From Candidatus Limnocylindrales bacterium (GTDB lineage Bacteria; Chloroflexota; Limnocylindria; Limnocylindrales; CSP1-4): DNA of 64,000 nucleotides. The number at the start of each line of letters is the position of its first letter. Positions within the stretch are counted from its first letter, which is position 1. This document shows positions 27,828 to 36,217 of the stretch, piece after piece. Below the pieces are notes generated by a model. It did not search any database and was not told the DNA's origin. It worked only from the letters and a program-made list of their open reading frames with translations. Both the position numbers and the translations under genes were made by a program. The DNA lies in NCBI GenBank assembly GCA_036508755.1, contig DATCGV010000081.1, positions 67,062 through 131,061 of the forward strand, given 5' to 3'.

Positions 27828-28189
27828 ATACGCTGGCTTTACGGTCCTGTGATGGATTCGCCCAGACAGCGGTAGTAGAATTCCCTGTCTAGCGAGGTGT
27901 GAGCGTCATGAACCATCGCCAGCGCCGTATTAGACGGCCAGACAGGAGGATCCTGGACGTTGAGGCGTCTTCGGTCCTGTCGGTCACCGCGGATGCTTCC
28001 TGCGGCTCGATGAACCTCGCCTTCCAGCCCAGAGCGGGCAACATCAGCAGCGACACGCGAGCCGGCACAGCCGGGTGATCCGGGGCCTGATGCGGATCGT
28101 GCCTTCCGCGGCGCGGATCACCAGGACTTGATGTCGGAGACCCACACTCGTTCCCGGAGTGTGGGTCTTCTGGTGCCCAGGGAAGAGAC

Positions 28190-28849
28190 GTGACAGAGAG
28201 GTTGAGCTTGGCCGACATCACCCACCCAGCAGCGGAGGAGTACGCCCGGCAGCACTCGTCACCGGAGCCGGACGTCCTTGCCGGCGTGATGGAAAGCACG
28301 CACGAGTTCGCCGGCTCGTATCGGATGCTGACCGGGCATCTCGAGGGGCGCTTCCTGAAGATGCTGGTCGCGATCAGCGGTGCGCGGCGCATCCTGGAGA
28401 TCGGCACGTACACTGGTTACTCGGCACTCTCGATGGCCGAGGCGCTGCCTGCTGACGGCATGCTGATCAGCTGCGAGATCGACGAGACCCACGCCGCGCT
28501 GGCACGGCAACACATCGCGGGTTCGCCGCACGGCGCGAAGATCGAGATCCGCGTCGGCCCCGCGCTCGACACGATTGCCGCGCTCGACGGAACCTTCGAC
28601 ATGGTCTTCATCGACGCGGACAAGCCGTCGTACCCGGCGTACTACGAAGCCGTGCTGCCGCGCCTCGCCGAGCGTGGCTTTATCTGTGCGGACAACGTCC
28701 TCTGGTCGCTACAGGTCCTCGATGAGGAGGACCGCTCGCCATCGACCGCCGCGCTCCGCGACTTCAACGAGCGCGTGGCAAGCGACCCACGCGTCGAATG
28801 CGTGATGGTTCCCATCCGCGACGGCCTGACCATCATCCGCCGGATCTAG
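28190..28849 (+). CDS. class I SAM-dependent O-methyltransferase (caffeoyl-CoA OMT-like, Methyltransf_3)
   Basis: RILEIGTYTGYSALSMAEAL (SAM motif I), FDMVFIDADK, ADNVLW. GTG start. Confidence 0.85.
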   Translation: MTERLSLADITHPAAEEYARQHSSPEPDVLAGVMESTHEFAGSYRMLTGHLEGRFLKMLVAISGARRILEIGTYTGYSALSMAEALPADGMLISCEIDETHAALARQHIAGSPHGAKIEIRVGPALDTIAALDGTFDMVFIDADKPSYPAYYEAVLPRLAERGFICADNVLWSLQVLDEEDRSPSTAALRDFNERVASDPRVECVMVPIRDGLTIIRRI

Positions 28850-28951
28850 CGTTCACAGTCAACGTCAAGGATGCGACCAGTCGACTCGCAGGCAGGTTCG
28901 CGATCTTGCCATCACCACAAGCGTCACCCACGCCGGAGGAACTGGTATTTC

Positions 28952-29632
28952 ATGCGCCGACTGATCTGGCTGCCCATCGTCGGGTTTCTGCTCATCGCCG
29001 GTGCCGCAATCGCCGCTGCTGCCGCCGGCCCGAGCATTACACCCAGCCACGGCCTGTTTGACGCTGCGTCACCCGCGCTGAGCGCCGCCGCCAGTCCGAG
29101 CACGAACGACAACGGCGGCCAGCCGGGCATGAGGGGATGGCTGGGCCCAATGCCAGGGGCCGGACCGGGTGCCGATCTCCTGAGCCAGGTCCTGGGCGAC
29201 CTGGTCAAAGCGGGCACGATCACCCAGGCGCAATCCGACGCGATCACCCAGGCGCTCAAGCAGGCGGTCACCAACACGCAGACGCAGGCGCAGCAGCAGC
29301 GCCAAGAGCTTCAGCAGGAATGGACCCAGATCCAGGGCTTCCTGCAGGACGGCGTCATTACCCAGGACGAGGTCAACCAGCTGCCGGCCGACAGCCCGTT
29401 CCGGCAGGCGTTCGACAGCATTGCCCAGGACGGCAAGGTCACCGTCCAGCAGCTCCAGCAGCTGATGCACGGCTTCGGCATGGGTCCGGGCATGATGCGC
29501 GGGCGCCCTGGGTTTGGTCCCGGACCCGGAATGCCCGGGCCGTGGGGCCCCGGCGGGCCGTGGAACAACGGCGGCAACGGCCAGAACCCGCAGTCTTCAC
29601 CGAGCCCGAGCACGACCGGCACGAGCTCATAA
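28952..29632 (+). CDS. membrane-anchored Gln-rich repeat protein with Gly/Pro/Met-rich tail, unknown function
   Basis: MRRLIWLPIVGFLLIAGAAIAAAAA is a TM anchor. Three repeats follow: GTITQAQSDAITQAL, DGVITQDEVNQL and DGKVTVQQLQQL. Next comes a Q-rich helix, then GFGMGPGMMRGRPGFGPGPGMPGPWGPGGPW. Start chosen at the ATG at 28952. Confidence 0.7.
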   Translation: MRRLIWLPIVGFLLIAGAAIAAAAAGPSITPSHGLFDAASPALSAAASPSTNDNGGQPGMRGWLGPMPGAGPGADLLSQVLGDLVKAGTITQAQSDAITQALKQAVTNTQTQAQQQRQELQQEWTQIQGFLQDGVITQDEVNQLPADSPFRQAFDSIAQDGKVTVQQLQQLMHGFGMGPGMMRGRPGFGPGPGMPGPWGPGGPWNNGGNGQNPQSSPSPSTTGTSS

Positions 29633-29661
29633 CCCGATCTCCTCTTTCCCCTCCGTTTTCG

Positions 29662-29700
29662 ACCGGAGGCCCTCTCCCCGGGCCTCCGGTCTTTTCTTTG
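29662..29700 (+). terminator. rho-independent terminator between convergent genes
   Basis: ACCGGAGGCCC, a 7-nt loop, GGGCCTCCGGT (11-bp stem), followed by CTTTTCTTT. Confidence 0.75.
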
Positions 29701-29701
29701 C

Positions 29702-30739
29702 TCAGGTCGTCTCGGTCACCTTGCTGATCGTCCGCGGCCGGTCTGGGTCGAGGCCGCGCGCGACGGTCAGGTGGTATGCATAAAGCTGGCCGGGGATGAT
29801 GTCGACGACGGGTGACAGCCAGCCTGGAACGTCGGCAGGCAGCGTCAGACCGCGATCGATGCTGCGCGCCGCGGCCGAATCCGAGAGCACCAGGACCTGC
29901 GCTCCGTGGACATCCCGCAACTGCTCGAGGACGTCCATCTGGGCATCGAGTGGTGGCCCGCTGGGTGCCACGGCCAGGACTGCGAAGCCACGCTCGGCGA
30001 GTGCCATCGGGCCGTGCTCGAAGTCGGCCGTGGAGTAGGGGACTGCCAGCAGCTGGGCCATCTCCTGGAGCTTGAGCGCCCACTCGCGCGCGGTCGCGTA
30101 GCCGTAGCCACGGCCAAGGACCACGCAACTCGTCCGATCTGAATGGCCGCTCGCGACCGCGCGCGCCTCTTCCTCGACGGTGAGTGCCTGCGCCATCAGG
30201 TCCGGGACACGGGCTAGCTCACTCTGTTCTGCCTGCGACATCGGATCGAGCGCGCCTGACAGGAGCGCGACGGACAGCAGCTCGGTCGTGTACGTCTTCG
30301 TCGCCGCGGTGGCCAGCTCCGGCCCAGCCTCAATCGACACGGCAACCTCGGCCGCCTCGGCGAGCGGAGAGTCGGTGTCATTGGTCAGCGCGATCGTGGG
30401 CGCCCCCTGGCGCCGTGCCTCGTCGACGACCGCGACGATGTCCGGTGATCGGCCCGACTGCGAGATGGCGATCACGAGAGCATCGGAATAGTTCGGGCGA
30501 GCGCCGTAGAGCGTGATCGCCGACGGCGTGGCAAGCGCCACGGCGAGGCTGTTGCGGATGCCGAAGAGGTACTGGGCGTACAGTGCGGCGTTGTCCGACG
30601 AGCCCCGTGCGGCGATGAGCGCGAAACGCGGCCGGCGCCCGGTGACCAGCTCGCGAACAGGCGCGAAGGACACCGGCGCAGCGGACAGCAGGCGCTGCGC
30701 GGCATGCGGCTGTTCGAGGATCTCGTCGCGGAGTGCCAT
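29702..30739 (-). CDS. SIS-domain sugar-phosphate isomerase/deaminase (GlmS C-terminal-like, NagB-II/AgaS-type)
   Basis: ARGSSDNAALYAQY, ISQSGRSPDIV, TNDTDSPLA, then a second SIS half. ATG at 30739 after GAGGG; the track start at 30916 is trimmed. Confidence 0.8.
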   Translation of the reverse strand: MALRDEILEQPHAAQRLLSAAPVSFAPVRELVTGRRPRFALIAARGSSDNAALYAQYLFGIRNSLAVALATPSAITLYGARPNYSDALVIAISQSGRSPDIVAVVDEARRQGAPTIALTNDTDSPLAEAAEVAVSIEAGPELATAATKTYTTELLSVALLSGALDPMSQAEQSELARVPDLMAQALTVEEEARAVASGHSDRTSCVVLGRGYGYATAREWALKLQEMAQLLAVPYSTADFEHGPMALAERGFAVLAVAPSGPPLDAQMDVLEQLRDVHGAQVLVLSDSAAARSIDRGLTLPADVPGWLSPVVDIIPGQLYAYHLTVARGLDPDRPRTISKVTETT

Positions 30740-30750
30740 GTCGCCCTCGG

Positions 30751-32325
30751 CTAAAGGCCGTGGCCACGCTGGTACAGGCCGCGGATGTCGACCGGCAGCC
30801 GGCCGGTGAATGGCGCCTCGCCGAAGAGCGCCCCGGCCAGCGCTTCCATGCTCGGCCGCAGGATGCCGTAGGCGCAGACATACGTGCGTGCCTGGGCATA
30901 CGAGCACACGTCCCACGGCGTGCGCAGAGCGACGCAGATCGCTGTGGGTTGTACGTCCAGCACGGCATTGGCCAGTGCCGCCTGCTCCGGCCGCAGGTTG
31001 GCCATGGCAGTGCCGACGACAACCACGTCGTATTCGCGCACCCGCTCGCGTATCGCGGCAATCTCCGTTCTCGTCGGCTCGGAGGAGGTCAGCAGCTCAT
31101 CCGTGTGCGGCGCTCGCCGCCGCACCGCGGCGGCGAGCGCCGTCGGCACGGTGTCGGAGGTATCGGCCGGTGTCAGGCGCACGCCGGGGGAGTGGACGAC
31201 CGCGACGCGAGCGTCAGGATCGATGCGTAACGGCAGGAGCCCGTCGTCGTTGCGCACGAGGGTGATCGATCGCGCCGCGAGCTCGGCCGCCAGCGCCTCG
31301 TGCTCTGGACAGCCCACGACCTCGAGACCCGGCTGCGCGAACCCAGCCAGCCATTCGCGCAGCGCCGCCAGTCGGCCGGCCGCGAGCGCCGCCGAGTCGG
31401 GTCCGATGAGCCTGCGCTTGAGTGCCTGCGCGACGGCCGTTTCGAGACGCGCGACGAGCTCGGGATCGGGCGTCGCCAGCAGGAGGTCCTCGCCGGCGCG
31501 CAGCGCGGTGATCACGTCCACGACCTGGGCCACGCCCTGCGCGACGGCACCCATGTCGAGCGCGTCGGTGATCGCCAGGCCGTCGAAGCCGAGCTCGTCG
31601 CGCAACAGGCCCGTGACGACGGCCTCGGACAGGCTGGCCGGCAGGCCGCGATCGCCGGTGATCGCGGGCAGGGCAATATGTCCGGCCATGGCGAGCTTCG
31701 CGCCGGCGGCGATCGCGGCCCTAAACGGCACGAGCTCGCGTTGCCTCAGCTGCGCAAGCGACGCATCGACGACGGCCATGCCGTGGTGCGTATCGGCGGT
31801 CGCGTCGCCGAGGCCCGGGAAGTGCTTGACCGTCGCCGCCACGCCTTCGGCCTGGAGCCCGCGGACATAGGCCGCGGCGTGCTCGCCGACCAGCGCGGGC
31901 GAATCGCCGAAGGAGCGGATGCCCAGCGCGGGGTTGTCGGGTGCCGTGGCGAGATCGCACGAGGGCATGTAGTTGACGTTCACGCCGAGCGCCAGCATCT
32001 CGCGCGCCGTGGCCCGGGCGACCTTCTCGGTCAGTGCTGGATCTGCGGCCGCGCCGAGGGCCATGGCGCCGGCGAACTCGGTCGGCCCGTCGCCCAGCGC
32101 GTTGAGCTGGCCGCCCTCCTGGTCGGTGGCGATCAACAGCGGTCGTGCTATCGCCGGCGCCGCCGACTGGAGCTGTGCGGTCAGCGCACGCACCTGCTCG
32201 ATCGACGAGACGTTGACGTCGCGAAAGAGTGTTACCCCTGCGTAGGGGTGATCGGTGAGCGCCTGGGCCACCTCCGCCGGGACTTGCATCCCGGCGAAGG
32301 CGACCATCAGCCGCTCGGCCGTCAT
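30751..32325 (-). CDS. nagZ: GH3 beta-N-acetylhexosaminidase (NagZ-like) with C-terminal domain
   Basis: LLIATDQEGGQLNAL, GVNVNYMPSCDL, KHFPGLGDATADTHHG and AITDALDM. The ATG at 32325 overlaps the permease stop (ATGA). The track ORF to 33381 is an artefactual in-frame extension. Confidence 0.85.
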   Translation of the reverse strand: MTAERLMVAFAGMQVPAEVAQALTDHPYAGVTLFRDVNVSSIEQVRALTAQLQSAAPAIARPLLIATDQEGGQLNALGDGPTEFAGAMALGAAADPALTEKVARATAREMLALGVNVNYMPSCDLATAPDNPALGIRSFGDSPALVGEHAAAYVRGLQAEGVAATVKHFPGLGDATADTHHGMAVVDASLAQLRQRELVPFRAAIAAGAKLAMAGHIALPAITGDRGLPASLSEAVVTGLLRDELGFDGLAITDALDMGAVAQGVAQVVDVITALRAGEDLLLATPDPELVARLETAVAQALKRRLIGPDSAALAAGRLAALREWLAGFAQPGLEVVGCPEHEALAAELAARSITLVRNDDGLLPLRIDPDARVAVVHSPGVRLTPADTSDTVPTALAAAVRRRAPHTDELLTSSEPTRTEIAAIRERVREYDVVVVGTAMANLRPEQAALANAVLDVQPTAICVALRTPWDVCSYAQARTYVCAYGILRPSMEALAGALFGEAPFTGRLPVDIRGLYQRGHGL

Positions 32326-33218
32326 GACTTGACTGAGCCCGCCAGAATCCCTCGGATGAACGCCCGCTGGAGGAGGAGGAACACTACCAGCGGCACGATC
32401 ATCGTCACGAACGCGCCCGCAGTCAGGACGTGCCACGCCTCTTGGTGGCTGCCGATGAGGTTGTAAAGAGCCGTCGGCAGGACCTGCACGTCGGCATTTA
32501 CACCCAGGAAAACGAGAGCTACGAGCAGGTCGTTCCAGACCCACAGGAATTGGAAGATGGCAAACGCACCGAGCGCCGGGATCGACAGCGGCAGAACGAT
32601 CGAGGTGAAGATCTGGAAGTGCGATGCGCCGTCGATGGATGCCGACTCGAACAGGTCGCGGGGCAGCTGCGATATGAAGTTGTAGAGCAGGAAGACGGCC
32701 AGCGGCAGGCCGAAGGCCGTGTGCGCCAGCCAGATGCCCAGGAACGTGCCCGTCAGGTGGAGCATTGAGTAGATCTGCAGGACCGGGATTAGCGCCATCT
32801 GGATCGGCACGACGAGCAGGCCGACGACGATAGCGAACAGGATGCCCCGGCCGCGGAACGGGATCCAGGCGAAGGCGTAGGCCGCGAAGGCGGCCATCGT
32901 GATCGGGATGACGGTGCTCGGAAGGGTGACGATGAGGCTGTTCAGGAACGCGTTGCCCATGCCCTGGCCGTTGATGACCTGGGCGTAGTTGTCGAGCGTC
33001 CACTGCGTGCTGAACAGGTTGATCAGCGCGTCCCACCAGCCGGTCAGGGTGATGTCTCGCGCCGGCCGGAATGATGTGACGAACAGGCCGAACGTCGGCA
33101 CCGACCAGAGCAGGCACAGGAGCACGACCGCGAGGCGGAAGGGCAGGCTGCGCATCAACAGCGGACGCCACGCCCGCAGCCGGGTCGAGCGCGGCATTGG
33201 CTTCGCGATCGCGGTCAT
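32322..33218 (-). CDS. carbohydrate ABC transporter permease (MalG-type)
   Basis: Six predicted TM segments and an EAA-like loop (LFESASIDGASHFQIFTSIVLPL). Start and stop overlap both neighbouring genes. Confidence 0.88.
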   Translation of the reverse strand: MTAIAKPMPRSTRLRAWRPLLMRSLPFRLAVVLLCLLWSVPTFGLFVTSFRPARDITLTGWWDALINLFSTQWTLDNYAQVINGQGMGNAFLNSLIVTLPSTVIPITMAAFAAYAFAWIPFRGRGILFAIVVGLLVVPIQMALIPVLQIYSMLHLTGTFLGIWLAHTAFGLPLAVFLLYNFISQLPRDLFESASIDGASHFQIFTSIVLPLSIPALGAFAIFQFLWVWNDLLVALVFLGVNADVQVLPTALYNLIGSHQEAWHVLTAGAFVTMIVPLVVFLLLQRAFIRGILAGSVKS

Positions 33219-34381
33219 GACCCGACTCCTTGCTGGCGCAGGTTGCGCAGGTTGACGTACATGACGGGCAGTACCGCGATGAACAGGACGACCGCCAGCG
33301 CGGCGGCGCGACCGTCCTGGAAGTACTGGAACTTCTCGAGGAACATTCGGTTGGCGACGACGTCAGTGCCGAAGCGGCCACCGGTTATGACGTAGACGAT
33401 GTCGAAGATCTTCAGCACGGCGATGGCGATGGTGGTCGCCACGGTGATGATCGAGCCCTTGATGATCGGCACGATGACCCGGAAGAAGATCTGGCGCTCA
33501 CCGGCGCCGTCGAGTCGCGCTGCCTCGATCACCTCAATCGATACGCCCTTGATCGCGGCTGAGAGCACGACCATGGCGAAGCCGGTCTGGAGCCAGATCA
33601 TGATCACGATCAGCAGGTAGGTGTTGACCGGCGGCGTGTTGATCCAGTTGACAGGCTGGCCGCCAAGCGTCGTCCAGACCGCATTGAGCAGGCCGTACTG
33701 GGGTGTCCCCGCGGGCCGCCACGTGTATATGAAGCGCCAGATCACCGACGCGCCGACAAGCGAGATAGCGAGCGGCAGGAAGATGAAGGTCTTGGCCAGC
33801 GCTTCGCGCTTGATGCGGTCGAACAGACCGGCGATGACGAGGCCGATGAGCACGCTGCCGCCAGTCGCCACGATGAGCCAGATGACATTGTTGATCAGGA
33901 CCCCGCGCAGGTCGGGTGTCAGCAGCTGGCCGTAGTTATCGCTGAAGCCCTTGTCGGCGACGATGCTCGTCCAGATCGTCACGACCGTGGAATAGACGAG
34001 GTACACGCCCAGCAGGGCAACGGCCGGCAGCACGAAGACCCATGGGATGATGCGCATCTGCGTGCGCGGCTTGAGCAGGCCGACAAGGGCGCTCAACCCG
34101 GCATAGACCATCCATACGCCGCCGACGCCCGCGATCAGCGCGACGCCGACCAGCAGCAGCTTCGCGAAGAATTGGTCGCCCCCGCCGTTGCGCAACGCCT
34201 GGGCACCAGTTGAGTTGCCGAGAAGGTCGTAGATCGAGGCAAGGAGGTTCGCCGCGCCCTTCGGGTCGGCCATGAACCTGACCCCGACAACGATGACGAC
34301 GATGCCAAGCAGCGCGGCGATCGGCAACAGCCAACGTTGCGCCGTCTCTCTGCGTGATCTCGCCCCTGTCACCACCGCCAT
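33215..34381 (-). CDS. carbohydrate ABC transporter permease (MalF-type, long N-terminus)
   Basis: EAA loop EAARLDGAGERQIFFRVIVPI, multiple TM helices, and a 4-nt overlap with the downstream permease. Confidence 0.85.
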   Translation of the reverse strand: MAVVTGARSRRETAQRWLLPIAALLGIVVIVVGVRFMADPKGAANLLASIYDLLGNSTGAQALRNGGGDQFFAKLLLVGVALIAGVGGVWMVYAGLSALVGLLKPRTQMRIIPWVFVLPAVALLGVYLVYSTVVTIWTSIVADKGFSDNYGQLLTPDLRGVLINNVIWLIVATGGSVLIGLVIAGLFDRIKREALAKTFIFLPLAISLVGASVIWRFIYTWRPAGTPQYGLLNAVWTTLGGQPVNWINTPPVNTYLLIVIMIWLQTGFAMVVLSAAIKGVSIEVIEAARLDGAGERQIFFRVIVPIIKGSIITVATTIAIAVLKIFDIVYVITGGRFGTDVVANRMFLEKFQYFQDGRAAALAVVLFIAVLPVMYVNLRNLRQQGVGS

Positions 34382-34417
34382 TGGCTCGCTCCTTGTGGCT
34401 CGTGAGTGAGAGTGGTG

Positions 34418-34451
34418 CCGGGGCGCGTCGCGCTAACGCGACGCGCCCCGG
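34418..34451 (-). other. perfect 15-bp intercistronic stem-loop between binding-protein and permease genes
   Basis: CCGGGGCGCGTCGCG-ctaa-CGCGACGCGCCCCGG sits in the 91-nt gap. No U-tract follows on the transcribed (minus) strand. Confidence 0.7.
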
Positions 34452-34472
34452 AATTCTGACTGATCCGTTGGG

Positions 34473-36134
34473 CTACGGAGTCGGCCAGCTGTCGTCGATT
34501 GCCTTGAGGACGGTATCGGTGCTCGGGTTGGTCCCGCCACCGTTGATCCAGTCGGACAGCTGACTCCACTCCGTGCCTGCACCGACCGAGGCCGGCATGA
34601 GGTCGGAAGCGTCGAAGCCGAAGCCCTTCGCCGTCGCAACGATGTTCGCTGCGATCTGGAGCTTGTACTGACCGGCGTACCAGTCATTCGGGGTGGTCTG
34701 GTTGGCGGAGATCGCGCTGCCGGCGCGGATCCAGTTCTCGGTGCCTTCCGGCGTCGAGAGGAATTCCGCTACCGCGAGCACCTCGGGCCGAACGGCAGAG
34801 CCGTTAGCCGGCGCCGGGATGAGCAGCGTGTCGCCGGAGCCCTCAACCACCTGGCCCAGAGTCGGGTCGATGACCGGGAACTCGAAGATGCCGATGTCCT
34901 GGCCGAGGATGTACTGCGAGGTCTTGGCACCGGCCTTGACATCCGGGAAGAAGTCCGGGCCGTACCAAGTTGCCTGCTTCTGCATCCAGCAGCCGGGCGT
35001 GAAGCCGTCCCAGTTATCGCCGGCCGAGGCGGGCGGGAACATGGGATCCATGGGGTCGGTCTGGGGCGTGGCGATGATCGCCGGCACGCCGCCGAACACG
35101 TAGTTCGGGGTGAAGAAGATCTTGGCCAGATAGTTGTCCATCGCGGCCTTGATCCCCGGGTCCTGGAACGTGACCTGGTGCGTGATCCACTTGTTGTAGT
35201 AGTCCACGCCCATCGTCTTGAGGACGACCTCTTCGAGCCAGTCAGTCGCCTGCCAGCCCGTTGCGGTCCCGGCCGCCATGCCGATGCACCACGGGTTGCT
35301 CTTGCCATCCGGGTGATCAGCGACGATCTTGGCCTCGAGGGCCGTCAGCTCGTCGTACGTCGTCGGAACGGTGTAGCCGGCGGCCGCGAAGGCCTTGATC
35401 GGATACCAAACGGTCGACTTGACGTCGAGCTTGTACGGGATGCCCCAGATATGCGTGCCGTCAGTGACGAGACTGATGGTCGCCGGGTGCTCCGTGTTGA
35501 GCTTGGTGATCTCGTCGGCGCTCAGCGCCGTGCCGAGGTCGACGAGCTTGCCCGCGGTCCCGTAGGCATCAACTGCCGACGGCTGGGCAAGCATGGCGAG
35601 GTCAGGCGGTGCGCCGCCATCGATGCGGGTCTTGAGGACCGTCTCGTGGCTGCTGCCAACGCCTTCGATGTTGATGGTGATGCCAGTCGCGGTTGCGAAG
35701 TCGGCAAGCGCGGCCGTGAAGTTCGCGCCCTCGCCACCGATCCACTGCGTCTGGATGTCAACGGCCTTGCCCTTGAACGGCTGGGTTGAACCGAGCGCTG
35801 CGTCGAGCTGGGCATAGCCAGTCGGCGTCTTCGGCACGGCCGGCGTTACCGCGGCCGGGGTCGCCGCCGTTGTCGGCGTCGCCGCCGGGGCGGTTGCCGT
35901 CGCGGCCGGCGCGGTTGCCGTCGCGCCTGGCGCGGTTGCCGTCGCGCCTGGCGCGGTTGCCGTCGCGCCTGGCGCGGTTGTCACGACAGGCGGCGGCGTC
36001 ACTGGTGTCGTCGTCTTTGTTGGCTGTGAGGCGGGTGGCGCTGTCGCCGGCGCCGGCGTCGCAGGCGTGCTCGAGCACGCCATGGCGACGGCGACGGTCA
36101 CGACCGCCATACCCCACCATCGTCTATTCCTCAT
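34473..36134 (-). CDS. ABC transporter extracellular solute-binding lipoprotein (sugar/oligosaccharide family 1)
   Basis: ATG at 36134 after AGGAGGAACA. Lipobox VAVAMAC, an Ala/Pro/Thr linker, then SBP-like segments (FKGKAVDIQTQWIGGEG.., PWCIGMAAGTATGWQATDW). The track ORF to 36677 is trimmed. Confidence 0.85.
   Translation of the reverse strand: MRNRRWWGMAVVTVAVAMACSSTPATPAPATAPPASQPTKTTTPVTPPPVVTTAPGATATAPGATATAPGATATAPAATATAPAATPTTAATPAAVTPAVPKTPTGYAQLDAALGSTQPFKGKAVDIQTQWIGGEGANFTAALADFATATGITINIEGVGSSHETVLKTRIDGGAPPDLAMLAQPSAVDAYGTAGKLVDLGTALSADEITKLNTEHPATISLVTDGTHIWGIPYKLDVKSTVWYPIKAFAAAGYTVPTTYDELTALEAKIVADHPDGKSNPWCIGMAAGTATGWQATDWLEEVVLKTMGVDYYNKWITHQVTFQDPGIKAAMDNYLAKIFFTPNYVFGGVPAIIATPQTDPMDPMFPPASAGDNWDGFTPGCWMQKQATWYGPDFFPDVKAGAKTSQYILGQDIGIFEFPVIDPTLGQVVEGSGDTLLIPAPANGSAVRPEVLAVAEFLSTPEGTENWIRAGSAISANQTTPNDWYAGQYKLQIAANIVATAKGFGFDASDLMPASVGAGTEWSQLSDWINGGGTNPSTDTVLKAIDDSWPTP
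35890..35980. repeat. 21-bp tandem repeat, about 4.3 copies, inside the binding-protein linker
   Basis: The unit gcggttgccgtcgcgcctggc is repeated at 35890, 35911, 35932 and 35953, with a partial copy at 35974. It encodes APGATAT x3 followed by APAATAT. Confidence 0.9.
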
Positions 36135-36217
36135 TGTTCCTCCTGTACGGTCCGAACGACTGCGCCGTTCGGGATTGATGGCTCCCCCCGGAACCTCTAC
36201 TCCCCTGCCTCCCTTGT

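Noticed and set aside
27908-28078. 56-codon ORF as a RiPP precursor or leader peptide for the downstream methyltransferase
   Set aside because: No maturation enzymes other than a generic OMT are nearby. The ORF contains rare AGA/AGG codons. It also overlaps a dispersed non-coding repeat block that lies in a different frame at the 4584 locus. It is kept only as a caveat in the leader-region finding.
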